Assembly: GCA_030264375.1 (NCBI GenBank)
Contig: JASCQW010000098.1
Location: forward strand, 53,524,996 to 53,588,995
DNA length: 64,000 bases
Direction: 5' to 3'
Source: Carcharhinus longimanus
Lineage: Eukaryota
In this document: positions 59,921 to 64,000 of the stretch, piece by piece
Layout: every line of letters starts with the position of its first letter
Numbering within the stretch: position 1 is the stretch's first letter
Notes under the pieces: generated by a model
What the model was told of the DNA's origin: nothing
The model's input: only the letters and a program-made list of their open reading frames with translations
Database searches by the model: none
Translations under genes and position numbers: made by a program

Positions 59921-62900
59921 ACTAAGTGAATGTAGCAAACTATAGCATTTGAGTTCAATGAAAAATATCTATTTTAGAACTTGGAATTTGGAATACTTTC
60001 TTACTTGTAGGATAATAGAAACTTCAAGAAGCAAATGATTTAAGTGTCTGTGTGTTGGAATCACTAAATGTTAGAATTCAGGTACATAAATAGATCTCAC
60101 AAACAGCAGACTAAATAAAATATCAAATGCTTTTGCTGATTTTCATCGAGGTAATTGTTGGTTAACACTATCTTTTTTTCTTTCTATCGGGCAATCATGC
60201 AATTTTCATCCAGCTGAGAAGGCTGTTCAATACCTTATTGAAAAGGCAGCAGGAGCAAAATTGAACTCAATAGTACCAATCAAAAGCCAGCCCTTCTCCA
60301 GTACTGGCAGTGCCATCAGGGGCAGTGGCTACTACCAGTAACATACTGGGGTCTCCACTAGGGATCACTGGGGCGGAATGGGGGTTGTGGGGAGCGGGTT
60401 GTCGGTGACATGGGGTGAGGGAGATGGTTGCAAGGACATGAAGGTGACTTTCATTGTGCCTGACCTTCCTGATGCTGGACCCCTCTACTGAGAGCAATGA
60501 AGGAGGGACTGATTAGCTGCTGGCAAATGATTTGCTAGGCAGCTTTCTGGTGGCACAGGAAACCGATACAAATTTTGTTTAATCCTTGAGCCTCTGTTAA
60601 ATACAATTGGGCTCAGAGATAATTGCATTTAAGTGGCTCATTAAAGAGCCTATTTGCATAAATGTTTGTAGATATGTTTCCTGCAATACTATCCAATCTT
60701 GTCCCACCTTCTCGCTCTTGGTCTGTAGCCCTGTAGATTACACCACCGTAAGTGCATGGAAGATTTTTATTGTAATTAGGGTTTCAGTCTCTATCAGTGC
60801 TTCAGGCAGTTAAGCTCTTGGCCTAAAACAATTTCTGGAACTAGATTCGATGGGCCAAATGCCTTTTTTTGTGCTGTAAATGACTCTTGGATTTTCACTC
60901 ACAAGGCAGGTGTGAAGAGTCAGAAAATCTTTCTGCTTACTGAAGCCAGCTGAAGAAAAGCTGCCCTGAATAACAGGATCTTTGTTTCAGGGGCAGGTGC
61001 ATGATGGAGTCAAGCTTGTCACTGCCGGAAACAGATTGAAGACAGTCACAGAGGCTGCCAAGTGCCAAGGTGGGATGTTTAAAACACCCGCCTTGTTGCT
61101 CTATGACTTTGTCCCAGATGTGTGGTTAAATTTTAAAATGTTGCTGCCTGAGTTGTCCCGTTAGCNNNNNNNNNNCATCCCCTCTAGCCCCTCATTCCCA
61201 CCTGTTCCCCATGCCAACTAATGCCTCCACCATCTCCTGGTTACCCCATACCCTCCATGCCAATCAATATCTCTCCACTATAAACTGAGTGGCTTCTCAT
61301 ACTGTCCATGCAAACTTATGTCCCTGCATTTAGCTTCATGAGCCTCTATGCCAAATTACCAACTCATGCCAACCCATGTCTGTCAAGCAACACTGCCCAT
61401 TGCCCTTATACTGTCCATAACAACTCACTCAGTATCCGACATGGGTAGTCCTCAAAAGCCATGCTGAGATGAAAAAAACAACATTCTAAGTATCAATCAC
61501 AGACTCCACTATATAAAAAAAATTCCATTGATAAAAGCCAATTCAATGCAGTTTAAATCCCTGCAAGTGCTTAATTCATTATAAAAACAAACATTTGCAT
61601 TCATGACCACACATCAATGAAAGCTAATCCATTAATAACCTCTTGGAACTGTCAATCAAACTATGAATTTACAGCACTCTACTGTGATAATGATAGGTTG
61701 TGGAAGCAGTCAAGCAGCAATAATAATATAATTATAGCTCTTTGAGTTACGTCAACATACAGACATTGAACTCCAATTTCAGCATTTTCAGCATAGAGTC
61801 ACCACAGGCTTTTTTTGCCTCAAAGCTTGAAGGACAGGGGATTTAAATAAACTGACATTTTGACAGTTTCACAGACCTTATCCATCTTATGAGCATTTAT
61901 ATCTAAAGAAAATCATAAGTCACACTGCAGGATAAGGCCCTTGCTCCGGTGAAAACTCAGAACTTAGTTCAAATGGCCCTGCTAAGTTTGGGATTTCCCC
62001 CATGTGTGAATTATGTCCTACTTCCCAGTGAAAATAGGAACTGTCAGAAATGGGGCAGGACTTCTGGATCCAAGGTCTTGGCTATATTTTGGATAAGGCA
62101 GAGTTTCCACAATTCCACAAAAATCTAGGTCATTACTTTATAACTACCCCTTTTCTTGTTGAACTTGTTTCTCTTGAATACNNNNNNNNNNNNNNNNNNN
62201 NNNNNNNNNNNNNNNNNNNNNNNNNNNNNNNNNNNNNNNNNNNNNNNNNNNNNNNNNNNNNNNNNNNNNNNNNNNNNNNNNNNNNNNNNNNNNNNNNNNN
62301 NNNNNNNNNNNNNNNNNNNNNNNNNNNNNNNNNNNGGTGAGGTGGGGGTGGTCAATAGTATACCACTAGCAGCGTGAAAGCACATTTTCTGCTCCTCAAT
62401 TCAACCCGCTTGTCTTCATTTGATGCCATTTCCAGCACGTAACACCTTCTCAAAGCTGTGATTGTTTCTTTAACTAGTATTTCACCCCCTTTCCTTTTTT
62501 TAATTCCACCTCAATTCCATCTGAAGACCCTGTAACTCACAACGTTGAGCTGCCATTTCTATCCTTCTTTCAGTCATCATGACAATGGCTAAAATATCAT
62601 ATTCCCACATATCAAAGTATGTCTTCAGATTATCTGTCTTATTCAATAGACTCTTTGCACTGAATTATATACCATTAATTGCTGAACAGTTCTTTTATCT
62701 TTGATTTTTCAAGCTTCCACACTCGCTTATTAAATTTCTGTATCCTGTTTCTTGTTTTGCTTTTCTTATTTCTGAATCAATGCTCAGGTTCCCAACCTCG
62801 CCACCAAGCTACTTTCAATGTATGCGAATGGCACTCGCAAACCTCCCCACCACGATATTGGCTCTGCCCCTATTGCGAAGCAACCACATCCCGCTTGTAA

Positions 62901-62929
62901 AGGTCCCATTTCTCTCCTGGGATTAGTGT

Positions 62930-63575
62930 CCCAGTATTCTAAAGCCCTTCCTTGTCATAATTTCTCCATCTCTCCAGCATTCAGTGGCATAGTTCTATAC
63001 TCAGTAACATTTGGCATGTGAGTAATCTGGAAATTATTACTTTTGAGGTGCTACTTTTTCACTTTGTTTCCTAGCTCCCGGAAATCTGTCTGCCGGATGT
63101 CATCCCTCTTTTTAATTAATTAATTGGTACCAATTAAGATCATGTCTTTTGGCTGTTTCCCTCCTCACTCAGTACTTACTGCATCATTTACTGACATCCT
63201 TGTGCTAGGGAAGTAACAAACTGTCCTAAAGTCACTCTTGCTAGTGTACAAAAATGCTTCTTTGCTTGGCTAAGCCACCCATAGTATTATGGCTCTGACT
63301 GTATTTCCCAGAGGACCGATCACTCTCATCCATTTTCAGAACTGAATACTGAGTACTTAGAGAGCAAGATGTACTCTTGAGAACCCTGCATTACCTTTGT
63401 GGTCCTGCTTGGCTGCTTGATGGTCATCGTTTTTCTTTGCCTGTGCACTCTTACGTTGCTGCATGACCACATCCAGAAATATGCTATTCACGTAGTCTGT
63501 CAGTCTCATGGATGCACCTCAGTGATGCTAATTGTTACTCAAACACTGAAACCCATATCCTGACCTCCTACAGTT
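62930..63575 (-). mobile_element. Degraded CR1 5'/ORF1-region fragment
   Basis: GAAATTATTACTTTTGAGGTGCTACTTTT...GGTACCAAT...CCAGAAAT resembles a CR1 ORF1 region. Highly decayed. Confidence 0.35.
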
Positions 63576-63589
63576 GATAAGGGGAAGGC

Positions 63590-63740
63590 CATTTCAGATT
63601 CAGATGAGGAGGAATTTCTTCACTCAGAGGGTGATGTATCTTAGGAACTCTCTACTCTAGAAGACTGTGCAAGCTTAATCATTGAACATTTTCATGACAG
63701 AAGTCGATAGATTTCTGGATAATGGAATTAAGGAATATAA
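63590..63740 (+). mobile_element. CR1 3' ORF2 fragment
   Basis: CCATTTCAGATTCAGATGAGGAGGAATTTCTTCACTCAGAGGGTG (FR..MRRNFFTQRV). Confidence 0.75.
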
Positions 63741-63754
63741 AAAGTTAAAGCTGT

Positions 63755-64000
63755 TATCACAAGTAGGCTTACATTCATACTGAAATGAAGTTACTCTGAA
63801 AATCCCCTAGTCACCACATTCCTGTGCTTGTTCGGGTACACTAAGGGAGAATTTAATATGGCCAATGCACCTAACTAGTACGTTTTTTGGGCTGTGGGAG
63901 GAAACCCATGCAGACACAGAGAGAACGTGCAAACTCCACACAGACAATGACCCAAGCCGGGAATTGAACCCAGGTCCCTGGCGCTATGAAGCAGCAGTGC
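63755..64000 (-). mobile_element. tRNA/V-type SINE, alternative-tail subfamily (cut by window edge)
   Basis: TCACAAGTAGGCTTACATT...AAAATCCCCTAG...CAAACTCCACACAGAC. Confidence 0.85.

Overview
Eukaryotic, vertebrate DNA: AT-rich, CpG-depleted, repeat-dense and gapped. The repeat set (HE1/V-SINE-type tRNA SINEs, CR1/HER1, Rex1/Babar, RTE, Penelope, Gypsy, PIF/Harbinger) points to a cartilaginous fish, probably a shark. The window lies inside a + strand DLG-family MAGUK gene, most likely DLG2/PSD-93. Two exons (13083-13239 and 19026-19128) together encode the third PDZ domain; I found neither the preceding exon nor the expected next one ('xYxRFEAKIHDLREQMMN'). The rest is intron, largely decayed transposable elements. 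These include a Gypsy provirus with both LTRs and a 5-bp TSD (20141-24389), a rearranged Gypsy fragment, probable solo LTRs, a Harbinger transposase remnant with related MITEs, and Penelope-derived hairpins with TSDs. The most interesting non-repeat signals lie at 39.4-40.7 kb: a candidate in-frame 30-nt microexon cut off by an assembly gap, and a 72-nt exon-like segment in a CpG-retaining patch (possible internal promoter, 5'UTR exon or poison exon). I see no evidence of a wholly new multi-gene system. Repeat family names come from recognition, not database searches, and most repeat boundaries are approximate.
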